DNA of 64,000 nucleotides, taken from Octopus vulgaris (Eukaryota). Within the stretch, counting starts at the first letter, position 1, and every line of letters begins with the position of its first letter. The notes under the pieces were generated by a model, which searched no databases, was not told the DNA's origin, and saw nothing but the letters and a program-made list of their open reading frames with translations. Positions 14,478-28,319 of this stretch are shown one piece after another. The position numbers and the translations under genes were made by a program. Where the stretch lies: positions 42,842,001 to 42,906,000 of the forward strand of contig OX597822.1 in NCBI GenBank assembly GCA_951406725.2. The letters are read 5' to 3'.

Positions 14478-15372
14478 GGCAGTTTGTCTGTCTGTGTGTC
14501 TGACCACGGCTTTCAACCGATTCTGATGAAACTTGACACACACATAGCCCAATGTCATAATTCAAAACTAACGCAGTGAAAATTTTGAAAAGTTCCCCCA
14601 GTTCTGAAAAAAATCGATAAATTCGACATGGGGTCGAGAATCAGAAACACAAACCACAGACTGTCTAGGGGACGCAACTCGACCTTTTTAACTCTCAACT
14701 CCATCAATATCCAGCTACTTGAAGCTATTCCCGGTGATGTCCACGTCTACAAATCTATTGATAGGACAGCAGACCCCGCCGAGCTTGCCGATTATCCTGT
14801 TGAATTCCTGAATTCACTTGAACCGCCAGGCCTGCCGCCACACATCCTGAAGTTAAAAGTCGGTGCGCCCATTATGCTCATCAGGAATTTGGTTCCACCT
14901 AAACAGTACAACGGCACACGTCTGGTTGTGAAACATTTGCCACAATATTTACCGGTTGTGGGAAGGGAGAGGACGTCTTCATTCCACGCATGCACCTTGA
15001 ACCGTCGGGCGCTGACCTACCAATCCACTTCAGGCGTTCTCAGTTTCCTGTTAAACTCTGTTTCGCAATGTCCATCAATAAATCCCAAGGCCAAACGCTA
15101 CAAGTCGCTGGGTTACAGTTGGGCGAACAGTGCTTCGCCCACGGTCAACTCGACGTAGGCTGTTCACGCGTTGGGAGGCGCAATGATATTTTCATGTTTT
15201 CGCCCAAAGGGACAGCTAGGAACATCGTATACACAGAAGTATTCGAGTGAAGAGAAGACATTGCAACCTACACATGCGCCTTCCTTCCCTAGAGGGAAAG
15301 GACTAGATTGGGATTAGTCGTTGCCTACTAGGGTCTCTTACATACCCGGGCAACGCCGGGCTATGCTGCTAG
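14475..15372 (+). mobile_element. Helitron fragment with the PIF1 helicase C-terminus
   Basis: Frameshifted KLKVGAPIMLIRNL...QFPVKLCFAMSINKSQGQTL...FAHGQL...SRV. A 3' hairpin cccgggcaacgccggg is followed by CTAG at 15369-15372, with TA repeats on both sides. Confidence 0.88.
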
Positions 15373-16214
15373 TATATATATATATGCACGCACACACACA
15401 TACATATATACACATTTATAAATACACACATACACACGCACATATGTATATGCACATATATAAAGCTAAGTAAACCGTGACCTTTTCTGTCTTCATCTCT
15501 AATCTTTCTACCTGATGCTGAGCTGCTGCTGTTGCTGTTGAGCGTAGCGGTCTTCGTCCCATGTAGTGGGAGAAGTCCGAAACGTGGTCCTTTGCTTTTC
15601 GTAAGACCCGCTGAAGAGAAAGCAGGTCAACCCCCGACACCGAGAGCATCGACGGATGGATGAATGCGCATCCAGGCTCAGCGGTTGCGTAGGAAGTCGG
15701 GGACAAGAAACAGGAAGAAAGAGTGAGAGAAAGTTGGAGCGAAAGAGTGGAGCTTTAGGTGTTTTCGCTCTATAAACACACACAACACCCGGTCTGGGAA
15801 TCGAAACCGCGGTGCTCCGACCGCGAGTCCGCTGCCCTAACCATTGGGCCATTGCGCCTCCACTGCTGCTGCTGTGACCTCCTTCAGTCATAACTGACAA
15901 TGGGATTGCTTCTAGAAAGTTACCCTTCCAGGCCCATGTCCGGGCAAGGTTGTTTACGGAATACCAGTAGTCGCCCTAGGATACCGGCCTCCCCTCTCCA
16001 CGTCACCAGTGTTATCCAAGGGAAAGGCAAGGGCCGATACAGCTTGGCACTTGTGACGTCGCAACTCATTTCTACAGCTGAGTGAACTGGAGCAGCGTGA
16101 AATAAAGTGTCTTGCTCAAGAACACAACACGCAGCCTGGTCTGAGATTCGAACTCACAACCACACGATCGTAGGATCGACGCTCTAACCACTGAGCCATG
16201 CGCCTTCACTTCTA

Positions 16215-16253
<39 letters not shown>

Positions 16254-16419
16254 TATATGTATACTTTTACGCATGTGTGTACTTATGTGTATATATGGAT
16301 GCGCGCGTGTGTGTGTGTGTATGGGTACGCATGTACATGTGTATGTGCGTGTATGTGTATATGCGTATGTATGTGTGTGTGTATATTTGTATATGTATGT
16401 ATGTATATGTATGTATGTG

Positions 16420-16466
<47 letters not shown>

Positions 16467-16631
16467 ATGTATATGTGTATGTGTATGTATTTGTATGTGT
16501 ATGCATGCGTGTATATATATGTATGTATATGTATACGTGTGGGTGTGTGTATGTGTATATATGTATGTATGTATGGATGTATGTATGTATGTATGTGTGC
16601 GTGTATATATGTATGTATATGTATGTATATG

Positions 16632-16664
<33 letters not shown>

Positions 16665-17460
16665 GTATATATATATATATGTATGTATTTGTATGTAGGT
16701 GTATATGTATGTGTGTATATATATTTATTGGTGTATATGTATAGACTAGCCTTCTAAGAGTGTAGACATGAATCTGTAGGTACGCGTACGTATGTGTATA
16801 TACGTGAATGTATGTAGATGTATGTATGTATGAATATAACGCGTGCGTGCGTGTATGCGTATGAGTGTACGAATGAGTGAGTGTGCGTGCTAATGAGTGT
16901 GCGTGCGTGAATGAGTGCTTGTTTTCAAGTAGAAAGATAAATGGACTTGCTGTCATAGCCAAGATGCTTGTGACCAGCGGTCAAAGATAACAAAAGTAAT
17001 AAATGAAGATAATAAAATTAAAATTAGGGAATGGGTCTGTATTTGTATGTAAATGTGTGTATGTGTAGGTATGTATAGGTACACATATGTATATATATAT
17101 ATATGTATATATATGTATATGTGTGTATGTGTATATATGTGTATATAGGGACCTGTGTGTTGTGTGTGCATGTGTGTATGTGGATATGTGTGTGTATGCG
17201 TGTACGTGTATGTGTGTGTATGTATATATTTTTATGTGTGTATATGTATGTGTGGTCGTGTGTGTATATATACATGTGTGTGTGGATATGTGTATGCATA
17301 TGTGTGTGTGTGTATATATATATGTGTGTATATATAGATATATATATATATATGTATATATATGTGTAGATATATGTATGTATGTGTATGTGTGTATATA
17401 TATTGTTCGTTTGTTTTCCACCTGCCTTCGTCTTTTGTTTATTTTCATAAAGCCTCCCGT

Positions 17461-17491
<31 letters not shown>

Positions 17492-17763
17492 ATGTATGTG
17501 TGTATGTATATGTGTGTGTGTGTGTGTATATATGTATACATATGTGTATAGGTATAAGTGAGAATCTCCTTATTTACCTAAAACTCGATTCTTTTATATA
17601 TTTTTTTATTCTTTTATTTATTCTTTTATCTAATTTACCACTGACTCCTTGACCACTCCCCCAAGTATGATATTTTGCGCTATGCCTACCCCCAAAAAGT
17701 CCCCCACCACCACCCCTTTAAACCTGCCTAAATGTATAAATGCCAATACAATTCTTGTTAACT

Positions 17764-17814
17764 AGCTTCCTGAAGATTTCTCTTGAATGAAACAGTTCTA
17801 GTCCTGTAGAAGCT
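17764..17814 (+). ncRNA. Type I hammerhead ribozyme motif with a canonical core
   Basis: agcttc CTGAAGA t-ttc-tctt-gaa-t GAAA cag-ttctagtc-ctg TA gaagct: 6-bp stem I, 3-bp stem II, 4-bp stem III and a GUA cleavage triplet. Confidence 0.75.
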
Positions 17815-17894
17815 CCTTCTATATAATAAATTAATTTTACTCTGCTATGTATTGAGTACCTTATTTACTGTGGTTAACCCCGAATCAACCCGGG

Positions 17895-17942
<48 letters not shown>

Positions 17943-18062
17943 GTGTGTATGTGCGTGCGTGTCTGTGCCTGTAATTGTGTATGGAGATATATGCATGTAC
18001 ATACATACATACATACATACATACATACATACATACATACACACATATATACATACATATAT

Positions 18063-18098
<36 letters not shown>

Positions 18099-18116
18099 GT
18101 GTATATATATATATAG

Positions 18117-18161
<45 letters not shown>

Positions 18162-18914
18162 GGAGAGAGAGAGAGAGAGGGAGAGAGAGATATGTATATA
18201 TATTTATATATATTGAGAGAGTACATAGATGTGTGCATACATGTCAGTCTTTCGTCGTACGAATATAGTATAATGGCAGACGACAAATTAAAAGCTAAAT
18301 GAAAAGGAAGCAACGTAAATATCCGAATCTTTAATAATCAGCAAGAAAATGAAAATAGTTGAGTGTAGGAAATGATAATTATATAATCCGATTTAGTGTG
18401 AAATCCTATTAAAAGTTTTATTCTGTGAAAAATTCATGAAGTGAAATATTTATTAGAAGAGAGGCTTAGGCACAGAAGCTCGCGTTGCAGCCAAGTGTGT
18501 TCGGGTTCAATATCACTGCACCTTTAAGTAAAGTGTTTTCTAGTGTAGCCCCAAGTTGACTAGCGTCTTTTCAGTGAATTTGGTTGACGGAAACTGTGTG
18601 GAGGCGCGTCGATAATACACATATATACCCTCACACGCGCAGTCACACACTCACAGATATATACAGGGTTGGCAAAAAGTCATCTGTAAGTAAATCAAAA
18701 CCATTTAATTCCAAGATTTATTTATGATTAACAACTGAATGAATTTAATAAAAGCATCTAAATATGAAACACCATGAAAATAGTTCAAACTGAAGTCCAT
18801 CTTGAGCGATGCATATATTTTATTTATTACACTATTGTCTGACAGCGCTTCGCGTCGTGGTTCGTTCGAATTTTCGAATTTTCGCTTCGTTCCGTCTTCT
18901 TATCCTCCCAGTAT

Positions 18915-19011
<97 letters not shown>

Positions 19012-20400
19012 TATACATACATACATATATACATATGTTTATATATACACACATTTACTTATACATATACACACACACATAGGTCCACATAATTTTCAGC
19101 TCGCCTATATATACACACTCAACTACTCGCCCCCATTTACACATACTTACTCACAAACATCATTCTCATATACACACACGCGCTAGCGCAACTTCGTTCG
19201 GCCGGATCACCGTTCTTATCTCCCTTTCATTTAACCTCCTTCTTCCAGCCATTTCATCATATTAAACTGTTATTCTCTACACTTTTTTTTCTCTCTCCGT
19301 TTTTTTTTTCACCTCTGAATCCTTTCTATCAAAGAGCGTAAGTCCGAAACGTCAAAGACTTTTGCATTCTTGTCGGGCGTCAAACTAATACACCTCTTTG
19401 TTGTTCCTTCACCTGTCTTCGTTTTTTGATTTCTGTAAGTTTGAACCATGTATATATATATATACAGGAGTGGCTGTGTGGTAAGTAGCTTGCTAACCAA
19501 CCACATGGTTGCGGGTTCAGTCCCACTGCGTGGCATCTTGGGCAAGTGTCTTCTGCTATAGCCCCGGGCTGACCAATGCCTTGTGAGTGGATTTGGTAGA
19601 CGGAAACTGAAAGAAGCCTGTCGTATATATGTATATATATATATATGTGTGTGTTTGTGTGTCTGTGTTTGTCCCCCTAGCATTGCTTGACAACCGATGC
19701 TGGTGAGTTTACGTCCCCGTCACTTAGCGGTTCGGCAAAAGAGACCGATAGAATAAGTACTGGGCTTACAAAGAATAAGTTCCGGGGTCGATTTGATCGA
19801 CTAAAGGCGGTGCTCCAGCATGGCCGCAGTCAAATGACTGAAACAAGTAAAAGAGTAAAAGAGTAAAAGATATATATATATATATATACACACAAACACA
19901 TATACATGCATACATATATACATGCATACACATGTCTGTCTGTGTTTGCATTTGTCAACCGCCCCACCGTTACCACTTGACGACTGCTGTTGGCTTGTTT
20001 ACGTCCCTGTAACTTAGCGGTTCGGCAAGTACCAGGCGTGAAAAAAAGACAAGCAAAAACAAAGCAAAACAAGCAAACAAACGAAATGTAAGTGCTAGAG
20101 TCGGTTGGTTCGACTAAGAAAACCCCTCCGATGCAGTGTTCCAGCATGGCCGCGATCCAATGACTGAAACAAATATGAATTAAACATAAAAGAAAGATGT
20201 AGATAGCGCATGTCTGATGGATGTGGTTTAATGCTGTAATGACGTCTAGGATTGTGAAAATGACAGCCGATAAGACAGATAATGAATTCAATACATGTGT
20301 CGTGTGTTGTAATAGTTATCATTGGCAGTGACTTTCAAGTTTCGTCTGCATACATACATACATACATACATACTTACATACATACATACATACATACATG

Positions 20401-20461
<61 letters not shown>

Positions 20462-20559
20462 GGGAGAATTCACAAAAAGAAAAAGAAAACGAACGACGAA
20501 GACAGGTGGTGTAAAAAACAAACAGATGTATTAGTTTAATGCTCGGGAAGTGAAAAAGT

Positions 20560-20595
20560 CTTTAACGATTCGAGCCTACGCTCTTCCTCAGAAAG
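20560..20595 (-). ncRNA. Minimal hammerhead-like motif of a dispersed short element (other copies near 10803-10837, 19322-19357, 23022-23056, 59919-59954)
   Basis: Consensus across copies is cttt CTGNNGA a gagc-gtag-gctc GAAA cg TH aaag. Each copy has 1-3 core mutations. Confidence 0.5.
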
Positions 20596-21540
20596 GAACA
20601 CAGAAAGAAACACAGAAAGAAACAAGGAGAGAAAATAAAGAATGTTTAGTGGCTAGGATCTATCATGGCAAATTCCGGACAGATGGGTCACGCAGGAGAG
20701 CTAGGGAGAAGGGGAGATATTAAAGTGGTGGTGATCCCAAAACGAAGAGACTCACCTACATGGTGAGGGAGTGTTTTCTTGTAGTTGCACTCACGATTGC
20801 GAAATCATGGGTTCGATTCTCAGACCGAGCGATGCGTTGTGTCTCACGTTGCTCTTTTAATCACTTCGACATCTGACATGTGACACACCGTACACCTGTA
20901 CAGGTAATGTCGCTTTGACGGACGCAGTGAGTTAATATGTAGCACATACATTCGATCACTATAAACAAATCATTCGTGCAAGTCGTTCTGTATGAAACTG
21001 CAAAACCATCTTTCTCGGATTATGAGAGACTACAATTATATACACGAACCGCCACCACACACAATTGCCCGAAATTGACGCCGTTGTCTTGTACCAATGA
21101 TACCATTCACTCCATCTGAATTCAGGACCAGGTATTGTCAACAGCTTAGCGTTCAAAGGGCCATAGCTCTTCGATATATATGTATACATACATGCATGCA
21201 TACATACATACATACATACATACATACATACATACATACATACATACATACATACATACATGCATGCATAACCCTCCATGTTTGTTTTCGTTCGGTTTCC
21301 TGGTATGTCTCCACTGACCTGTTTTTGTTCCCAACTGTGACCCTCCATAAATCCTAAATTTTGTTTTAGAATTTATGGGCGCAACTGTTTTTGAAGTCTC
21401 ATATTGTCGTTGAATGCTCGAAATGAGGAGTAGATAGACAGCCGACAACTGACGATGGGTCCTTGCCCTATTTTCCATTCTTTTTCTGTCGTTCCTTACG
21501 TATTTCATATTGTTTGGACCGTTGATGAGATGTCCTGTAC

Positions 21541-21610
<70 letters not shown>

Positions 21611-21759
21611 CAAGAACGCAAAACATACGGCCAGCTAGGAGATACAAAAATGGGACAAAACATCCAGATAGATGATACAAAGAAAACAAGGACGAGTCAT
21701 TTGAAGTTTTCTTTCCTCAATCAAGCACCAGATTATCCTTGCAATTTCGTTTGATTATA

Positions 21760-21876
<117 letters not shown>

Positions 21877-22045
21877 ATGTCATTATTCAGTTAATTTCAA
21901 GATTTCTTCCCAATATAGAAAGAACTGGCTTCTAACCAAAATCAAGTCTCCTTCATTGGAATTTCAACTTCAACAACAGGGTATTTTTGTTTGGATTTAT
22001 GTATGTATGCGCAGATTTGTATGTATGTCTGCATGTATAAATGAA

Positions 22046-22087
<42 letters not shown>

Positions 22088-22247
22088 GGCGTAGGAGTTG
22101 CTGTATGATAAGTAGCTTGCTTACCAACCTCATGGTTCCAGGTTCAATCCCACTGCGTGGCACCTTGGGCAAGTATCTTCTACTATAGCCTCGGGCCAAC
22201 CAAAGCCTTGTGAGTGGATTTGGTAGACGGAAACTGAAAGAAGCCCG

Positions 22248-22341
<94 letters not shown>

Positions 22342-22890
22342 CTGTGTTAGTCCCTCCAACACTGCTTGACAACCGATGCTGGTGTGTTTACGCCTCCGTA
22401 ATCTAGCGGTTCGACAAGGGGGTCGATAGAATAAGTACTTGGCTTACAAAGAATAAGTCCTGGGCTAGATTTACTCGACTAAAGGCGGTGCTCCAGCGTG
22501 GCCACAGTCAAATGACTGAAACAAGTAACGACTAAAAGAATACATGCATAGATACTTAGATAGATAGATAGACAGATAGATAGATAGACAGATAGATAGA
22601 TAGATAGATAGATACATACATACATACATACATACATACATACATACACACATGTATATGTATATATACTCTTTACTCTTTTACTCTTTTACTTGTTTCA
22701 GTCAGTTGACTGCGGCCATGCTGGAGCACCGCCTTCAGTCGAGCAAATCGACCCCGGGACTTATTCTTTGTAAGCCCAGTTCTTATTCTATCGGTCTCTT
22801 TTGCCGAACTGCTAAGTGACGGGGACGTAAACACACCAGCATCGGTTGTCAAGCAATGCTAGGGGGACAAACACAGACCCCCCCCATATA

Positions 22891-22925
<35 letters not shown>

Positions 22926-23788
22926 CGGGAAGGTTTATGAAAATAAACAAAAGACGAAGGCAGGTGGAGTACAAACAAATAATATATTAGTATGGCGCTC
23001 AGGAATAGAAATAAAACAAGTCTGTTACGTTTCGAGCCTACGCTCTTCGACAGAAAGATACACAGAAAAGAAACAAGGAGAGAAACATGGAGAGAAAAAA
23101 ATTGCGTGTAGGGGCTACGACAGGCTTCTTTCAGTTTCGGTCAACCAAATCCACTCACAAGGCATTGGTCGGCCCGGGGCTATAGCAGAAGACACTTGCC
23201 CAAGATACCACGCAGTGGGACTGAACCCGGAACCATGTGGTTGGTTAGCAAGCTATTTATTTATATACATTAATATCTGTATGTATCTCCTCAATTACTC
23301 AGTATTTCCGAAGTCGTTACACTCTGTTCTAAATAATTACGTCAAAGGCCATCACCTCCACCGCCATGATGTCAAACAGGCAGCAGCAGCAGCACTTCTA
23401 CTACCACTACTACTACCATCATCACCACCACCACTCCTTCGATAACACTCTCCGCCGTCGCCACCATCAGCACTACAACTACCACTACCATAAGCCTTTC
23501 AGATAGGTAGGTCAGTCACATCAAACAATAACAGCGAGAGAAAAAGTCACTGTGGTTAGGACGTCCCAAGCAGAACGTCTCTCAGCGTCGAAGGAGAACG
23601 CGCGTGCATGAAAATAACTCCGTAAAACTTTAATACCAACACTAACAACAACAACAACAACAGCGATATATTATAAACAACCACTACGACTACTGGAGCG
23701 GTTACTATATCTGAGACTAGCTACAACAATTATAACAACATTTATTTGTAATTACTGTGGAAGTTTGGAGATCTACAAGAAGCTGTAA

Positions 23789-23869
23789 ATGACAACATCA
23801 TTGTATAACAAACATCGTTGGGATGATGATTTTGATGATGATGATGATGTGCTGAATTGCCGGGTGAAG
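23789..23869 (+). CDS. SH3BP5: SH3BP5/Parcas-like gene, putative first coding exon (MTTSLYNKHRWDDDFDDDDDVLNCRVK)
   Basis: ATG directly preceded by an in-frame TAA. Ends in a strong AAG|gtgagt donor in phase 0. The acidic run plus xxRVK sits where SH3BP5 has EEEVDPRIQ and joins in frame to the 40822 exon. The intron would be about 17 kb, so the link is inferred. Confidence 0.65.
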
Positions 23870-24355
23870 GTGAGTTGATGTTTCATTTCCTAGTGGTGGT
23901 GGTGGTCATGGTGTGTAATACATACATACATACATACATACATACATACATACATAATTACATACATTACATACATACATACATATATACATACATATAT
24001 ACAACATACATACATTCATACATACACACACACATACATACATACATACATACATACATACATACATACGAAAAATACCCTGTTGTTGATGTTGAAATTC
24101 CAATGAAGAAGCCTTGGGTCTAGGTTAGAAACCGGCTCTTTCTCTATTGGCCAGAAATCTTGAAATTAACTGAATAATGACATACATACATACATACAAA
24201 CACATATATTCACATACATACAAACACACATAAACACACACATATATACATACACACATATACATAAACACATACACATATATACACATATATACACATA
24301 ATACTAACATATATACACTCATATACATACAAACATACGTACATACATACATACA

Positions 24356-24390
<35 letters not shown>

Positions 24391-25089
24391 GATACATATA
24401 TACACATACATATACATGTACATATATTCACACATACATACACCTGAACACAAATACACATACATAAATACAACATACATACATACATACATACATACAT
24501 ACATACATAGATACATACATACATAGATACATACATACATACATACATACATACATACATACATACATACATACATACATACATGTCATACGATATCATT
24601 GATATACTATGGAAATGACTGTGAAAGTAGCACCAAATAAAAATGAACATACATCGATGGATCTGAAAAATATTGGTGGAACTAAGAATATAATCCATTC
24701 TACTAAAGACACATGGCTTGAAAGTTGGTGGGAAGGAGGATAGTCGATTACATCGACCCCAGTATTCAACTGGTACTTAATTTATGGACCCCGAAAGGGT
24801 GAAAGGTAAAGTCGATCTCGGCAGAATTTGAACTCGGAACGTAGCGACTAGGTATTATTTGGGACCACAAAATAAAAACAGGGTCTTTTGAGGAAACTGG
24901 CGGCGAATTTGACATGAATGTATTAAAGAAAATACAGCAAAAAGAAGCCATCTTCTTTGATGAGGAATTTGCGAAGTTAGTACCCCAAATAGATTTCGTT
25001 TTATCTCTACAGTTTAATTCGATACAACCTAGTACATGCCATTCAAGTACCTGGTTCTATCTTGAATCCTTGATATAAATATTATATAT

Positions 25090-25480
25090 AGGCGCAGGAG
25101 TGGCTGTGTGGTAAGTAGCTTGCTTACCAACCACATGGTTCCGGGTTCAACCCACAGCGTGGCACCTTCGGCAAGTGTCCTCTGCTATAGCCTCGGGCCG
25201 ACCAAAACCTTGTGAGTGGATTTGGTAGACGGAAACTGAAAGAAGCCTGTCGTATATATGTATATATCTATGTATGTTTGTCTGTGTTTGTCCCCCCAGC
25301 ATCGCTTGACAACCGATGCTGGTGTGTTTACGTCACCGTAACTTGGCGGTTCGGCAAAAAGAGACCGATAGATTAAGTACTAGGCTTAGAAAGAACAAGT
25401 CCTGGGGTCGATTTGCTCGACTAAAGGCGGTACTCTAGCATGGCCACAGTCAAATGACTGAAACAAGTAAAAGAGTAAAA
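25090..25480 (+). mobile_element. tRNA-derived SINE family A with an internal (TA)n/(TG)n tract. Other full or partial copies near 115-487(-), 630-785(-), 9368-9530, 19465-19860, 22088-22540, 22690-23255(-), 26365-27147(-), 35580-35740, 59670-60310, 60950-61360(-)
   Basis: Recurrent head ggcgcaggagtggctgtgtggtaag...gggttca (A/B-box-like) and recurrent tail ...ccagcatggccgcagtcaaatgactgaaacaagtaaaag. Coordinates are approximate. Confidence 0.85.
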
Positions 25481-25621
25481 GAGTACATATGTGTGCGTGT
25501 GTGTATTTGTGTGTGTGTGTGTGTGTGTGTGTATTTGTGTGTGTGTGTATGTGTGTGTGTGTGTTTGTGTGTGTGTATTTGTGTTTGTGTGTGTAAAGAA
25601 AAGAACAGAAATGGCTTAAGG

Positions 25622-25713
25622 GTCACTACAGCTGTTTCAGACGTGTTTTTTTATTATTATTAATTTACAATTGGATTACATCATAAAAAAAAACAACATT
25701 TTCTTCAGGTGAC
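25622..25713 (-). ncRNA. Type I hammerhead-like motif with a long stem II
   Basis: Minus strand: gtcac CTGAAGA ... GAAA cagctg TA gtgac, with palindromic stem III acagctgt. Confidence 0.6.
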
Positions 25714-25763
25714 TTAAAGATTAAAAATTTGGTTCTGAAAAAATACCAAGAAGTGGAATGTAT

Positions 25764-25816
<53 letters not shown>

Positions 25817-26145
25817 CTGTGTGCGTGTGTGTGGGTATGTGTGTGCGAGCGCGCGTTTTACAAGGACATCTATGTGTATTTGCTGTCTGCGGTAGTCAAA
25901 CAGGATTACAAAGTTGTTGAGCTTCAGAGAATCGAAAGTGGCTGTTCATTGTGCACATCCGCCGTTATTCTGTAGAGTCAATTAAAAAATTCCCTGAGTG
26001 ACAAAAGAACTTATCCCCGGTTATAGAAATCCTGTTTGCTTTTCAATATGACAAACATTAGGTTTTAGATATTTTTAACTCAAGGATTTATGGTAATATG
26101 CCTATGTTTTTGCGATACTAAATATAGAACAAGGTGTGTATATAT

Positions 26146-26187
<42 letters not shown>

Positions 26188-26264
26188 GTATATATATATA
26201 TATATGTATATATATGTATATGTATATATATATGTATATGTATATATATATGTATATGTATATA

Positions 26265-26304
<40 letters not shown>

Positions 26305-26311
26305 TATATAC

Positions 26312-26365
<54 letters not shown>

Positions 26366-26621
26366 TTTTATTCTTTTAGTTGTTTGTGTCATTTGATTGC
26401 GGCCATGCTGGAGTACCGCCTAAAATGATTTTTTTTTTTTAGTCAAAGAAATCGACCACAGGACTTATTCTTTGTAAGCCCAATACTTATTTTATCGGTC
26501 TCTTAGGCCGAACCGCTAAGTTACGGGGACGTAAACGCACCAACATCGGTTGTCTAGCGATGGTAGTGGTGGTGGTGGAGGAGGGACAAACATAGACATA
26601 AAGACACACATAAATAAATAA

Positions 26622-26667
<46 letters not shown>

Positions 26668-26770
26668 ATAAAAATCGTAAAACAACAAAAGAAAGAAAGA
26701 GACCTCGATATTATGAAAATAGAGGAATTTATCTGTAAATGTAATATATGACAATTATTCAGTAGCCATG

Positions 26771-26829
26771 ATAAAACTCCGAGTTTCGTATGCCGCAGTG
26801 GAAATCCACTCCGCCACATCTTCAGTTAT
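26771..26829 (-). ncRNA. Type I hammerhead-like motif in a palindromic insert
   Basis: Minus strand: ataa CTGAAGA ...gtgga-tt-tccac... GAAA ctcggag TT ttat. Confidence 0.6.
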
Positions 26830-26946
26830 CCGGCCATCGGAAAAATAACTTTTTTACTCAAAGATGTATGGCCGGATGAGATGGCGGCGTGGATTTCCAC
26901 CTCGGCATCCGAAACTCGGAGTTTTATCATGGCTACTGAATAATTG

Positions 26947-26987
<41 letters not shown>

Positions 26988-27388
26988 ATGGGCTTCTTTC
27001 AGTTTCCGCCTACCAAATGCACTCACATGGCTTTGGTCGACCTGAGGCTATAGTAAAGACACTTGCCCAAGGTTCCACTGCGTGGCACTGAACCTGGAAC
27101 CATTTGGTTGGGAAGTAAGCTTCTTACCACACAGCCACGCCTGCGCATATATATATATAATTTTATATATGTGTGTATAAAATTTATTATTCCTTAACAA
27201 GTGTAGTATTGACAGTGACTTCGAAGTTTCGGCCTTTAGGTGTCGCTTTGCGAGTACCTAAATTGTCAGACGAGTACGCCAGATAGAATATGTTAGGTGC
27301 TTCGCTGTCCGAGTATCGGATTCACGATCCAAAGCTCGGCACGCTAGTCATTAGGCTACGTGCCTCCACATACTCGTGTGTGCGTGTG

Positions 27389-27708
27389 AAGGCGCGTGTC
27401 TTAGTGGTTAGAGTACGCGGTTCACGATCGTAAGGTCGTGAGTTCAATTCCCGGCGGCGCGTTTTGTCATTGAGCAAGACACTTTATTTAAAGCCGTTCC
27501 AGTTCACTTAAATGGCAAAGATCAGTAATACTTGAATTTCAAAGGGCCAGCCGTATCGCATTCTGTGTGACGCCGATTCTCCCCGAGAACTAGATTAATG
27601 GCACGCCTGTCTGAGGAGTATTCAGCCACTTCCACGTTAATTTCACGAGCAGGCTGTTCCGTTGATCGGCTCAACTGGAACCCACGTCGTCCTAAACGAC
27701 AGGGTGCA
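27389..27708 (+). mobile_element. tRNA-derived SINE family C with a V-domain-like ttgagcaagacacttt block. Related copies near 15880-16210(-) and 46075-46247(-)
   Basis: ttagtggttag (A box) and gagttcaattccc (B box) followed by the conserved block. Confidence 0.7.
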
Positions 27709-28077
27709 AATATATTTGTATGTATCTATTTCCCTTATGTGTAAATACGCCATTGACAACAGTCATATCCACGTGTATAATTACTTTTATATATTGTTAA
27801 AAAATATATAAAAAAAAAAAATCCATTAAATATTTAGCATATTCAGACCTTCTATTTATAGACAACTCCATTATTCAGGAGGATATACGCCCGTTGGAAA
27901 GGGCGATCATTCACACGCTCATCACAGGTGACGTATGCTTGTAGAGCATAAATTACCTGAGATTTGACACACCCAAACTTAAAGACGTAAAGACTCACGT
28001 ATGCATATTGTGTGTGTTGAGGGTAGTGGTGTGTATATATGTATATATATGTATATATGAGTATATATGTAACCCTA

Positions 28078-28115
<38 letters not shown>

Positions 28116-28116
28116 C

Positions 28117-28169
<53 letters not shown>

Positions 28170-28275
28170 GTGTCTGTCTAATTGACTGTGTCAGTCTGTC
28201 GAATTACATAACTATACGCTTATATGTACATATGCATGTATATGTACGTACGAATATATCTAAGTACGTAGTATG

Positions 28276-28314
<39 letters not shown>

Positions 28315-28319
<5 letters not shown>

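Noticed and set aside
27389-27460. tRNA gene
   Set aside because: A and B boxes are present, but the sequence runs into a repeated SINE body and has no complete cloverleaf.
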